From Kiritimatiellia bacterium (GTDB lineage Bacteria; Verrucomicrobiota; Kiritimatiellia; RFP12; UBA1067): a stretch of DNA of 64,000 nucleotides. The stretch lies in assembly GCA_045537795.1 (NCBI GenBank), contig JAZSQE010000065.1, positions 101,418-165,417 of the forward strand. The letters are read 5' to 3'. The notes below the pieces were generated by a model. The model saw only the letters and a program-made list of their open reading frames with translations. It had not been told where the DNA came from and did no database searches. The position numbers were made by a program, and so were the translations under genes. This document shows positions 9,197-17,465 of this stretch, in pieces (the first letter of the stretch is position 1; each line of letters starts with the position of its first letter).

Positions 9197-9702
9197 CACG
9201 CAAAGGGTTCACCCTCCTCGAAATGATGGTCGCGAGCCTTCTTCTCGGAATGCTCGTGACGACTCTTACCATGCTTTTCAATTCCTCTTCGGTCGCGTGG
9301 CGTACGGGCACCGCCGGAGTGAGCGAACTTAAAGACGTGCGCTCGTCGCTCGGTGTTTTTCACGATATCCAAGACGATCTTCTCCCGGGGCTGGGCGACA
9401 AAGGCTCGGGGAACGGCGCGGGACAAGGAGACAGCCGCTCTCTCAATTACCGTACGGTTTCGGTGTGGGATCCTTCGCAGGACAACAGACTGCGCACCGA
9501 TCGCGCGTACAAACAGATAAATTGGCAGGGCGCACCCAATATCAGCATAAACGACGCGGTGAAAGGAGCGTCGAAGTCGGTGGGCAGAGCCGGCTCGGGT
9601 ATCGGTTCGGGGCTCTTTACGGTAGGCGTGCGCAGCCGCGGCCCTGACGGGATACCCGATACGGAAGATGACATAACGACATGGCCAGATCAGATCGATT
9701 GA
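9193..9702 (+). CDS. GspJ-like minor pseudopilin (169 aa)
   Basis: There is an ATGA overlap with the upstream gene. The leader is MTRKG|FTLLEMMVASLLLGMLV. The C-terminus RGPDGIPDTEDDITTW is a GspG-type loop. Confidence 0.6.
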   Translation: MTRKGFTLLEMMVASLLLGMLVTTLTMLFNSSSVAWRTGTAGVSELKDVRSSLGVFHDIQDDLLPGLGDKGSGNGAGQGDSRSLNYRTVSVWDPSQDNRLRTDRAYKQINWQGAPNISINDAVKGASKSVGRAGSGIGSGLFTVGVRSRGPDGIPDTEDDITTWPDQID

Positions 9703-9703
9703 C

Positions 9704-10174
9704 ATGAAAAAAGCTTTTACATTGGTCGAGCTTCTTGTTGTGGTATCGATGATCGCGGTACTCAGCGCATCGATGATGTCCGCCGTCGGGCGGGCAAGGA
9801 TGCGCTCGCGCGTCGCGAAGGCCACGCAGGAAATAAAAGAACTCACAAACGCCATTCTCGCGTATGAGCAGTACGCCCCGAACCGTTCGCTCGACGGCGA
9901 AGTTACCGGATGGACAGACTGCACGGAAGGCGCTCTTTCGATGGTTCTCGGCGGCAAGAGCGGCGACAACGGCGAGAGGATACCCGTTCTGTTCAACGCA
10001 AATATCACGCGCGGTGAATTTCGCGATCCGTGGGGCAGGGCGTACCAGCTTAAAATAGAAAAAACCGATACTCTTCAGGGCGGCGGCACGGATGAAGATC
10101 GCGGCGTCAGTTTCACGACGGCGCCGGCGCTCCCGAATTACTTCAGACTTACGGACAAGGAGCGTGGACTATGA
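9704..10174 (+). CDS. gspG: GspG-family pseudopilin (156 aa), candidate major subunit
   Basis: The leader is MKKA|FTLVELLVVVSMIAVLSA. The RARMRSRVAKATQEIKEL helix and the RDPWGRAYQL motif (DPWGxxY) are typical of GspG. Confidence 0.7.
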   Translation: MKKAFTLVELLVVVSMIAVLSASMMSAVGRARMRSRVAKATQEIKELTNAILAYEQYAPNRSLDGEVTGWTDCTEGALSMVLGGKSGDNGERIPVLFNANITRGEFRDPWGRAYQLKIEKTDTLQGGGTDEDRGVSFTTAPALPNYFRLTDKERGL

Positions 10175-13100
10175 TTGTTGAAACGAAAAAAGGCAGCGCG
10201 CTTCTGATCGTTCTGGGAATGGTCGCTTTCATGATCGTAAGCGCCGTCAGCTTTTCGATATTCATGCGCCAGAGCCGCGTTCCGTCGAGCCATCTAAGGC
10301 GTGAGGTTTCTTCAAGATATCTTCTGAAAGCCGCGCTCGCCAACGCGATAGCGCGTATCGACGGGCAGTTCGCCTCCCAGCGCAAAATCGGCAATTCCGA
10401 TCTGGGGGACTCCACCGGTTCGGGCTATACCGAGGGCGTGTTTGACAGCACCTATCCCGGGTTAAACAACGAAAGCGATATAAGACGCAACGGAGATTAT
10501 TGGTCGAGCGGCAGGGTGTTCATGCCGTTTGGAGCGCTTAAGTACGGCAGAGAAACCGGCAATGAGCAGGATCCGTCGGATTATGACGACGATGTCGTCA
10601 CCGAAAACCAAACGGTTTCGACTCTGACTCTCGAAGCTCTCGCGTATCTGCCGCCGGCGATAATAAACGAGGTCAGAATCGATTCGCGCCGCACGAGGAC
10701 GGCGCGCTGGAGCAACCTTTCGTATGAGCTCGGGCGCTATGCGTTCACGGCCGTCAACGTCTCGGACTGCTTCGACATCAACAGATTGTACGCTTCGATG
10801 CGGCGCACTTCCGCGCCCGGCGAGCGCATCAACATGAGCGGGCTTTTCGAGTCGCCTGCCGCGGCGGAGAAGTTCGATTCGATTCTCGAGAGGTCGGGGG
10901 ATGTGCCTTTCGTTTCGCTGGCGGACTTCAACATCGTCGCGCAAGGGACGGAATTTTCCCCGTTCAGCCGTTATATCGGGTCGCAGCAGTCTTATATTTA
11001 CAGGATGAGCGACGCGAATTCGCTCTCCAACGCCCTGTTCGTCACCGATACGTGGTTCCCCGAGAACGATACCGCTTCGAGAGATGCGTCGGAGGGGAAT
11101 CAGAACGCGGGGAATCAGCAGAATCAGCAGAATGCCGTGCAGAAATTCGATCTTGCCGCCGGCGGGGACAATCAGCCGTTCAAGGATTTCTCCGAAAAGA
11201 AAACGCTTCTCGGGTTTGCCAGCGAATCTCCGCCGCCGATAAGAACCAAACTGCAGGAGTTCATCGGGTTCGTCGGCACGGCGTGTCTTTACGACTATCT
11301 CGACGGCGACAGCGTGCCGCTTTCGCTTTGCATTCCTTCGGCGGAAGCCGTGCCGATGGTTTCTTCGCTCTGCATAGCAAACCAGTTCAATCTTAAGATA
11401 GAGACCGAAGAGCGCAACGGGGTGGAAATCGTGACGCCGGCGACTGAAGATTCCCCCGAGGTGAAGTTTGTGCGCAACGCGAAAAAGTATAAACTGACGG
11501 GCATTGCCGATTCGGGCTCCATAATGGTCGCGGGCACGGTTCTTTATCCTTTTCTCAGGATGAAGGACAAAGGATATCCCGAGAATTTCAAACTCGAGTC
11601 TCTCGTGAAAATATGGTGGGCGCCGAAGGACGTGAAATCAAGGCTCGCTTCGGACGCCGTTCTTTATCCGTCGACGAAGGAGGCGTGGGCGTCGTCCGTG
11701 AAAGACGGCGTAGTTACGGTCTATTCGAGTAACGATGTGAAAATCGAGGGGTTTTCCGTCAAGGATATGCCGCAATCTTCCCAGGAGGCGGTGTTCAGAA
11801 TCATGGGCAACGTGACGCTGCCGGCTCTTGACATGCCGCTTATGTGGTATGTCGAAGAATGGGAGCAGAATGGCGATGATGAACAGCGTCTGAACGAGAA
11901 GAAGTATTATTCGCTGAATGATTGCCATAACGAGAACTCTTTCAGGCCGTATGCGGCGCAGGGGCAGGCCGACGGATGGTGGAAGCCCGAAGATCCGAAG
12001 ATGACGCTTTCGTTCCCGACGTTCGAGGGGGGCAAGTGGTCGTCGCGCGATCCGGCGCCGCACAACGCCACGGCGCTGCCGGAAACGGAATACGTCATGC
12101 ATGTCGCGCTTTGGGTCCGCGTCATCGACGGCGACGGCAATACGGTCGATATGGCCCCCGCGCGGCCGTCCGACGATTCTCTCTGGATCGCCCAGGGCGG
12201 TGGCGATGAGATGAATATTTTCGAAAAAATCGCGGGCGGAGGATCTCCGATTCTTGAGTTCCGCGGCACCGTGCCCGTAAAGTACACGAAGGAAACCTGT
12301 GACGGTTTCGGCGGCGGGGTCGCGGAGCCGATGGAATGGAATTCTCTTTTCTGCTGCGACCCCAAGTTCAACTGGGCTCCGGAAAACTGGTTCAAGGCGA
12401 AGGAGAATTTCGAGGGGTCGCTGGAAGGCTCCTGGGTCTCCAAAGCGGAAAGCGTCGTGGGCACCGGTAATCGCGACAAAGACGTGTTTATGGCGGTTTC
12501 AGACCAGGAATATCTCCAATCCATCGGCGAGCTCGGGTTTATCCCCGATCTCGGGTGGCGCATCGGCAATAAACTGGTCGATTACGAAGATCGCTTCACG
12601 GGGGCGTCCATGTCTGCGCGAAGCGGAGCGGGCGACTGTGTATGCAACGAATATTTCTGGAGGACGTATTCGCCCATTGAAGACCCGGTATACGATTTCG
12701 ACGGCGAAATGGAGGTCATATCGGGGCAGAACGATTTCAGAGTCAATCCGTTCACCGGCGATCTTCGCGTGATGATGGCGGCGATCGCCAATACTCCGTA
12801 CGATTATTACGTCGCTTCGACGAATCAGGATTCTGAGATCAATCGTTTCGCGAGCATGGAGCTTAAGGATTCGCTCAAACACTCTTTCTGCAAAGATTGT
12901 CCGAGCGCCTATTGGGACGATGATCTCGTGAGGGATATCGCGCAGGAAATCAGCAGACGTTTCCGCGAAAAGGGCAGAGAGAAGCCGGGCGCCGACTGGA
13001 AAGAGATATTCGACGAAATGCCATGGTTCGACGGCAAGAAGGGCGCGGAGCAGCTTACCTTTCTCGAAGTGGAACTTGACAAGCCTCTGTACGGCGTAGA

Positions 13101-13401
13101 CAGGAAGTTTCTTTACTCGTACTGGCGCGAATGTTTTCAGAACAGGCAGCAGCTCTTTCTCGTTTTCATAAGAGCCGAGCCTCTTTCTGTCGGAGGGGCG
13201 AGCGGCGACGCCGTCGGCAACGCCCAGCTCGGCGCGAGAGGAGTGGCTCTCGTGTGGCGCGATCCGGCCGTTCCGTCCGGCGGCGGCAACCGTCCCAAGA
13301 GAACGGAGTTGCTGTCGCCTCAGAAGTGGCAGACTCTGAGCGCCGAGAATTCGGTAAAGCCGCACCGCACGAGAGTCCTTTTCTACCATCAGTTCGATTG
13401 A
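10171..13401 (+). CDS. giant GspK-like minor pseudopilin / putative tip protein (1076 aa)
   Basis: There is an ATGA overlap with gspG. The N-terminus KKGSALLIVLGMVAFMIVSAVSF matches the GspK signature (RGxALlxVL, with no F+1 or E+5). The position after the G/H/I/J-like genes fits GspK. About 1000 further residues belong to no family I recognise, including a Q/N-rich tract (NQNAGNQQNQQN). Confidence 0.6.
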   Translation: MIVETKKGSALLIVLGMVAFMIVSAVSFSIFMRQSRVPSSHLRREVSSRYLLKAALANAIARIDGQFASQRKIGNSDLGDSTGSGYTEGVFDSTYPGLNNESDIRRNGDYWSSGRVFMPFGALKYGRETGNEQDPSDYDDDVVTENQTVSTLTLEALAYLPPAIINEVRIDSRRTRTARWSNLSYELGRYAFTAVNVSDCFDINRLYASMRRTSAPGERINMSGLFESPAAAEKFDSILERSGDVPFVSLADFNIVAQGTEFSPFSRYIGSQQSYIYRMSDANSLSNALFVTDTWFPENDTASRDASEGNQNAGNQQNQQNAVQKFDLAAGGDNQPFKDFSEKKTLLGFASESPPPIRTKLQEFIGFVGTACLYDYLDGDSVPLSLCIPSAEAVPMVSSLCIANQFNLKIETEERNGVEIVTPATEDSPEVKFVRNAKKYKLTGIADSGSIMVAGTVLYPFLRMKDKGYPENFKLESLVKIWWAPKDVKSRLASDAVLYPSTKEAWASSVKDGVVTVYSSNDVKIEGFSVKDMPQSSQEAVFRIMGNVTLPALDMPLMWYVEEWEQNGDDEQRLNEKKYYSLNDCHNENSFRPYAAQGQADGWWKPEDPKMTLSFPTFEGGKWSSRDPAPHNATALPETEYVMHVALWVRVIDGDGNTVDMAPARPSDDSLWIAQGGGDEMNIFEKIAGGGSPILEFRGTVPVKYTKETCDGFGGGVAEPMEWNSLFCCDPKFNWAPENWFKAKENFEGSLEGSWVSKAESVVGTGNRDKDVFMAVSDQEYLQSIGELGFIPDLGWRIGNKLVDYEDRFTGASMSARSGAGDCVCNEYFWRTYSPIEDPVYDFDGEMEVISGQNDFRVNPFTGDLRVMMAAIANTPYDYYVASTNQDSEINRFASMELKDSLKHSFCKDCPSAYWDDDLVRDIAQEISRRFREKGREKPGADWKEIFDEMPWFDGKKGAEQLTFLEVELDKPLYGVDRKFLYSYWRECFQNRQQLFLVFIRAEPLSVGGASGDAVGNAQLGARGVALVWRDPAVPSGGGNRPKRTELLSPQKWQTLSAENSVKPHRTRVLFYHQFD

Positions 13402-13413
13402 TCCGTTTTCCGC

Positions 13414-15459
13414 ATGAAATACGATCTTGTTGTCATTACCGCCGCCAACAAGGCGCAGGCAAGAGGTTACAGGGCGCAGCTCAAGGGGAGAAAAGGGTAT
13501 CTTGTTCTTCCCGATCCGGGTGAAAGGCGCGTCGGGTCTCTCGGCGCCACCGTCAACGCCCTCAGGCGCATGAAATCGCTTCACGCGAAATCCCGCGTAC
13601 TCGTCTGTCATTCCGGCGGCGACGCCAGACGCACGGTCGCATACGCGGCTCTCGGAAAGGCGTTCGTGCCGATGCCCGATTCGAGGCCGCTTCTCGATCA
13701 TGTCGTCGAGGCGATGGAAAAACTGCCAGCGGCGCCCGGAGTGACGGTCTGCTGCGGGGATGTCGTCCCGCGACTTGATTACGGCTCGGTCAGGTTCGCC
13801 CGCCGCGGCGTTACCGGAGTTGCATATCCCGACGGCCCGTGGCAGGCGCAGCGCCACGGCGTTTATGTGGCCGAAAGCCGCGATTCTTCCGATCCCGTCA
13901 CGGTGCAGGGCTTTCTTCAGAAACCGCAGGTGAAACGCGGCCGGCACCTTATCGACACCGGGATAATGCACATCGATTGGCTAACCGCCGAAAAAATGCG
14001 ATCGCTCCCCGTGGCAGGCGACATTTATGAGGAATTTCCCAAGATGCTTCTCGGCGGGTTTGCGCCGTTCTCGGTTTCGATCGTCCCCGAATGTGAATTT
14101 TTCCATGTCGGCTCGAGCCGCGAACTCCTGAAACTTCTCGGCCGTTCGGGCAGATTGATCGATTCTTGCGCGGCCGCGATCGGAAAGCTCGGAGGGGAGA
14201 ACATCGTCGTGAACGTCCCCGCTTCGTACGGCCGCGTCGATCTCGCCAAAGGCGAGTGTCTAACGTGTCTGCCGCTGGGCAAAAGCGATTGGTATCCCCT
14301 CAGGTATCATATCGACGACAACTTCAAGACGGACGGGCTCTGGGAAAAGCACGATCTCGCAGAAAAGATGAAATCGGTCGATCACTCGAGGCTCGCGGGG
14401 CTTCGCCGCCGCGAAGTCAAGGTTACGGCGCCCGTGAGAATCGATTTTTCCGGCGGCTGGAGCGATACGCCTCCGATTTGCAACGCCGAAGGCGGCGCCG
14501 TTCTTGCGGCGGCCGTCACGCTCGACGGCAAGAGACCCATCGAAGTGACGGTGCGCGAGCGTGCCGACAAGTTCGTGAAAGTCGTTTCGAAAGATCTCGG
14601 CAAGCGGCGTCTTCTGAAAAGCGCCGCCGAAATCGCCGATCACCACGATCCCCATGACTGGTGCGCGCTCGTAAAATCGGCGTTGACGGTTACCGGGTTC
14701 AAGTTCGGTTCGCGAGGGCTCGACATAATCATTTCAGCGGATTTGCCGAAGGGTTCCGGCATGGGGACCTCTTCCATTCTCGGCGCGGCCACGATAGCGG
14801 CTCTTCTCCGCCGCGCGGATGTCGACGAGATAGGCTCTCTCACGCTCGCGCTCGAGCGCGAGATGCGCACCGGCGGCGGCTGGGAAGATCAGTTCGCGGG
14901 GCTCACGCCCGGTATGAAGCTCATGACTTCAAGGCCCGGTGCAGAACAGCGCATCGTTTCACGAGGACTTTCCCTCGACGCGGGAAGTTTCGCTGAAAAG
15001 CTGAAATCGCGCTCGCTTCTCTATTTCACCGGACAGAAGCGCATGGCCCGCAACGTCCTCAGGCGCGTCATCTCGTTTTACGCCGAGAACCCCCACGATT
15101 TCGCGCATATCCTCGTGGATGCCCTCAAGAAGGGCGCGCATGACGCCGCCGCCGCCGTCGGACGCGGCGACATCGAGGAGTTTGCGCGCTGCATCAACGC
15201 GTATTGGCGCGACAAGAAACTTCTCGACGCGGGTTCGACGAACGAGCGTGTCGACGAAATCATATCTCTCGTTAAGCCTTTCGCGTCGGCCGTGACGCTC
15301 GCGGGCGCGGGCGGCGGCGGGTTTATGTACATTTTGGCGAAAAGTCCCGCGGCGGCGAAGAGGATACGCTCCATGCTGGAGAAAAATCCGCCGTCGAAAC
15401 ATTCGCGCTTCTACGCTTTCGATATAGACGACAAGGGGCTTGTCTTCGAAGGGTGCTGA
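13414..15459 (+). CDS. fkp: Fkp-like bifunctional L-fucokinase / fucose-1-phosphate guanylyltransferase (short form, 681 aa)
   Basis: The N-terminus DLVVITAANKAQARGYRAQL matches the fucokinase/pyrophosphorylase N-domain signature. The C-terminal half has the GHMP kinase motif LPKGSGMGTSSILGAA. It starts 12 nt after the GspK-like gene. Confidence 0.7.
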   Translation: MKYDLVVITAANKAQARGYRAQLKGRKGYLVLPDPGERRVGSLGATVNALRRMKSLHAKSRVLVCHSGGDARRTVAYAALGKAFVPMPDSRPLLDHVVEAMEKLPAAPGVTVCCGDVVPRLDYGSVRFARRGVTGVAYPDGPWQAQRHGVYVAESRDSSDPVTVQGFLQKPQVKRGRHLIDTGIMHIDWLTAEKMRSLPVAGDIYEEFPKMLLGGFAPFSVSIVPECEFFHVGSSRELLKLLGRSGRLIDSCAAAIGKLGGENIVVNVPASYGRVDLAKGECLTCLPLGKSDWYPLRYHIDDNFKTDGLWEKHDLAEKMKSVDHSRLAGLRRREVKVTAPVRIDFSGGWSDTPPICNAEGGAVLAAAVTLDGKRPIEVTVRERADKFVKVVSKDLGKRRLLKSAAEIADHHDPHDWCALVKSALTVTGFKFGSRGLDIIISADLPKGSGMGTSSILGAATIAALLRRADVDEIGSLTLALEREMRTGGGWEDQFAGLTPGMKLMTSRPGAEQRIVSRGLSLDAGSFAEKLKSRSLLYFTGQKRMARNVLRRVISFYAENPHDFAHILVDALKKGAHDAAAAVGRGDIEEFARCINAYWRDKKLLDAGSTNERVDEIISLVKPFASAVTLAGAGGGGFMYILAKSPAAAKRIRSMLEKNPPSKHSRFYAFDIDDKGLVFEGC

Positions 15460-15468
15460 TCGACCGCG

Positions 15469-17316
15469 TCACTTCCTCTGCGTCAGGGCCTGCTGGCGCA
15501 GGAGCGCGTCGATTTCCGGGTCACGAGCGCGGAAAAGCCTGAACACCTCGAGCGCGCTCATCGAGCCACCGAGCGCGAGAAAAGTCTCGCGGAATTTTCC
15601 GCCGTATTCCCGGAGGGCTTCGGTTCCCCCGGGAGAGGCTTCTTCGAACGCGCCGTAGCAATCGGCCGACATGACTTCGGCCCATTTGTACGAATAATAG
15701 CCGGCGCAGTATCCGCCCGCGAAAATATGCGTGAAAGATTCGAGGAATCGGTCTTCGGGAATCAGCGGCAGACCGAAATGCGCGAAAACGGAGTTTTTGA
15801 TTTCATTGGCGTCGCCGACTTCCGGGAGCGAATGAAGCAGAAGATCCGTTTTGGCGAAAGCGAGTTGCCTGCGGCAAAGGCTCGCCGCGCGGTAGTTTTT
15901 GGCCGCGCGCACCTTTTTTTTGAGTTCCGGCGGAATTTCGATCCCCGTAAGAGCGTCGAGGCACCAGTTTTCCATGAACTGGCTCGCGACCTCGACGGCG
16001 TCCCATTCCACGAGGTTTATTCCGGCGGCATCTTCTTCCTTTACCCGCGTGAGCATGCACTGAAGGGCGTGTCCGAATTCGTGAAACAGTGTCTCGACTT
16101 CGCGAAACGGCATGAAGCATTTGCCCTCGGAGTCTTTTTCGGGGAGATTCATGACGATCAGCGCCAGAGGTTTTTCGCCGCGGCGGACGGAAAGGTTCGA
16201 GAATTCGTTCATCCATGCGCCCTGCGATTTCTGATTGACGCGAACGAACGGGTCGAAGTAAAAGGCGGCGATTTTCTCTTCGTTTTCCTTGACTTCGAAA
16301 AATCTGACATCGGCGTGCCATACGCTCGGTTTGTTCTCGGGGGAGACTTCTTCCACATCTATGCCGAAAAGCGTTTTGCACAGTCTGAAAAGACCGGCAA
16401 GAGCCGTTTCAAGTTCGAAGTGTTTTTTCAGGTCCTGTTCGCTGTAATCGTATTTTGCCTCTCTGAGACGTTCGGCCTCCCATGCCCTGTCCCATGGTTC
16501 GAGCGGCGTCGCGGCGGACGATTCAAGTTCGCGTTCCTCTTCGAGAGCCGCGCGCGCGGTCGCCTCGTCGAGCCTGTCGATCATTTCGAATGCGGCCGCC
16601 GGCGCGCCGGCCGATTTCGTCTTCAGCGATTCTTCGGCGTAGTTCGCGAACCCGAGAAGTTTCGCTTCTTCGGCGCGCAGTCTCAGCATTTCCGCGATGC
16701 GCGGAGAGTTGGAGGCCGCCCGGGTCGAGCGCATGCGGTAAAGACGTTCTCTCTTGACGCGGTCAGGATCGTTTTTCATCGTCTCGATATAGACGGCATC
16801 GCTTATTTCCGCCGGCGTGTCGTCGATGACCGCGTTGCGGAAATCCGCCGCCAGCCGCGCGAGACGTGCGCGGATGACGTTGAAACGCTCTTTCTGCGGC
16901 CCTTTGAGCGCGACGCCCGCCAATTGCGCGCTTTCGACGGATTTTTCGAGTATGCGTCGTCTTGTCGGGTCCGACACCGCTCCCGAATCAAGAAGATTTT
17001 TCGCGGCCCGGTAGAGTTTTTCCGACTGGCCGACTCTGAGTGAAAAAGCGACGATGTCGCCCTGGAATTTTTCCTGCACTTCGCGCCAGCGCGGCGAGTT
17101 CATGACGCTGAGCATGTGGGAAACGCCGCCCCATGCGCGAAACAGCCCGCGTGTCGCGTCATCCAGAGCCCAGACGAGATCTTCATACGTCGAAACGTCG
17201 CTTTCTTCGATATGCGCGACCGCCTCGCCGGCCGATGCGAGAAGCGCGGGCAGTTCGGCCTCGGCCGCTTCGGGAGTGAAGGATTGCCAATCGATGAATC
17301 CGTTTTTCATTTTCAT
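15469..17316 (-). CDS. M3 family zinc oligopeptidase (oligopeptidase A / thimet-like)
   Basis: It has the HEFGH zinc motif (LFHEFGHALQCML) and M3 family architecture. The start is set at MKMKNGF (17316) because the first ATG of the ORF (17325) overlaps the TATAAT box. Confidence 0.85.
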   Translation of the reverse strand: MKMKNGFIDWQSFTPEAAEAELPALLASAGEAVAHIEESDVSTYEDLVWALDDATRGLFRAWGGVSHMLSVMNSPRWREVQEKFQGDIVAFSLRVGQSEKLYRAAKNLLDSGAVSDPTRRRILEKSVESAQLAGVALKGPQKERFNVIRARLARLAADFRNAVIDDTPAEISDAVYIETMKNDPDRVKRERLYRMRSTRAASNSPRIAEMLRLRAEEAKLLGFANYAEESLKTKSAGAPAAAFEMIDRLDEATARAALEEERELESSAATPLEPWDRAWEAERLREAKYDYSEQDLKKHFELETALAGLFRLCKTLFGIDVEEVSPENKPSVWHADVRFFEVKENEEKIAAFYFDPFVRVNQKSQGAWMNEFSNLSVRRGEKPLALIVMNLPEKDSEGKCFMPFREVETLFHEFGHALQCMLTRVKEEDAAGINLVEWDAVEVASQFMENWCLDALTGIEIPPELKKKVRAAKNYRAASLCRRQLAFAKTDLLLHSLPEVGDANEIKNSVFAHFGLPLIPEDRFLESFTHIFAGGYCAGYYSYKWAEVMSADCYGAFEEASPGGTEALREYGGKFRETFLALGGSMSALEVFRLFRARDPEIDALLRQQALTQRK

Positions 17317-17323
17317 GCGCCGC

Positions 17324-17332
17324 ATTATACCA
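17324..17332 (-). promoter_or_regulatory. TGGTATAAT extended -10 box, 7 nt upstream of ATG (leaderless candidate)
   Basis: The minus strand reads tggTATAATgcggcgcATGaaaatg. There is no Shine-Dalgarno sequence in the gap. Confidence 0.45.
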
Positions 17333-17425
17333 TAATGGAGCGCCGGCGTAGAATACGTCCGGGAACAAATGGTTGCGCCGCATCGCAGGAATCTTTTTTC
17401 GGGTCTATCGCGGGAACGTCATTTT

Positions 17426-17434
17426 TGGTATAAT
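17426..17434 (+). promoter_or_regulatory. TGGTATAAT extended -10 box upstream of greA
   Basis: The sequence is tttTGGTATAATctcc. The ATG at 17466 is preceded by the RBS AGGGAG. Confidence 0.45.
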
Positions 17435-17465
17435 CTCCCGAACTGAATTTTCAAAGGGAGACAAA

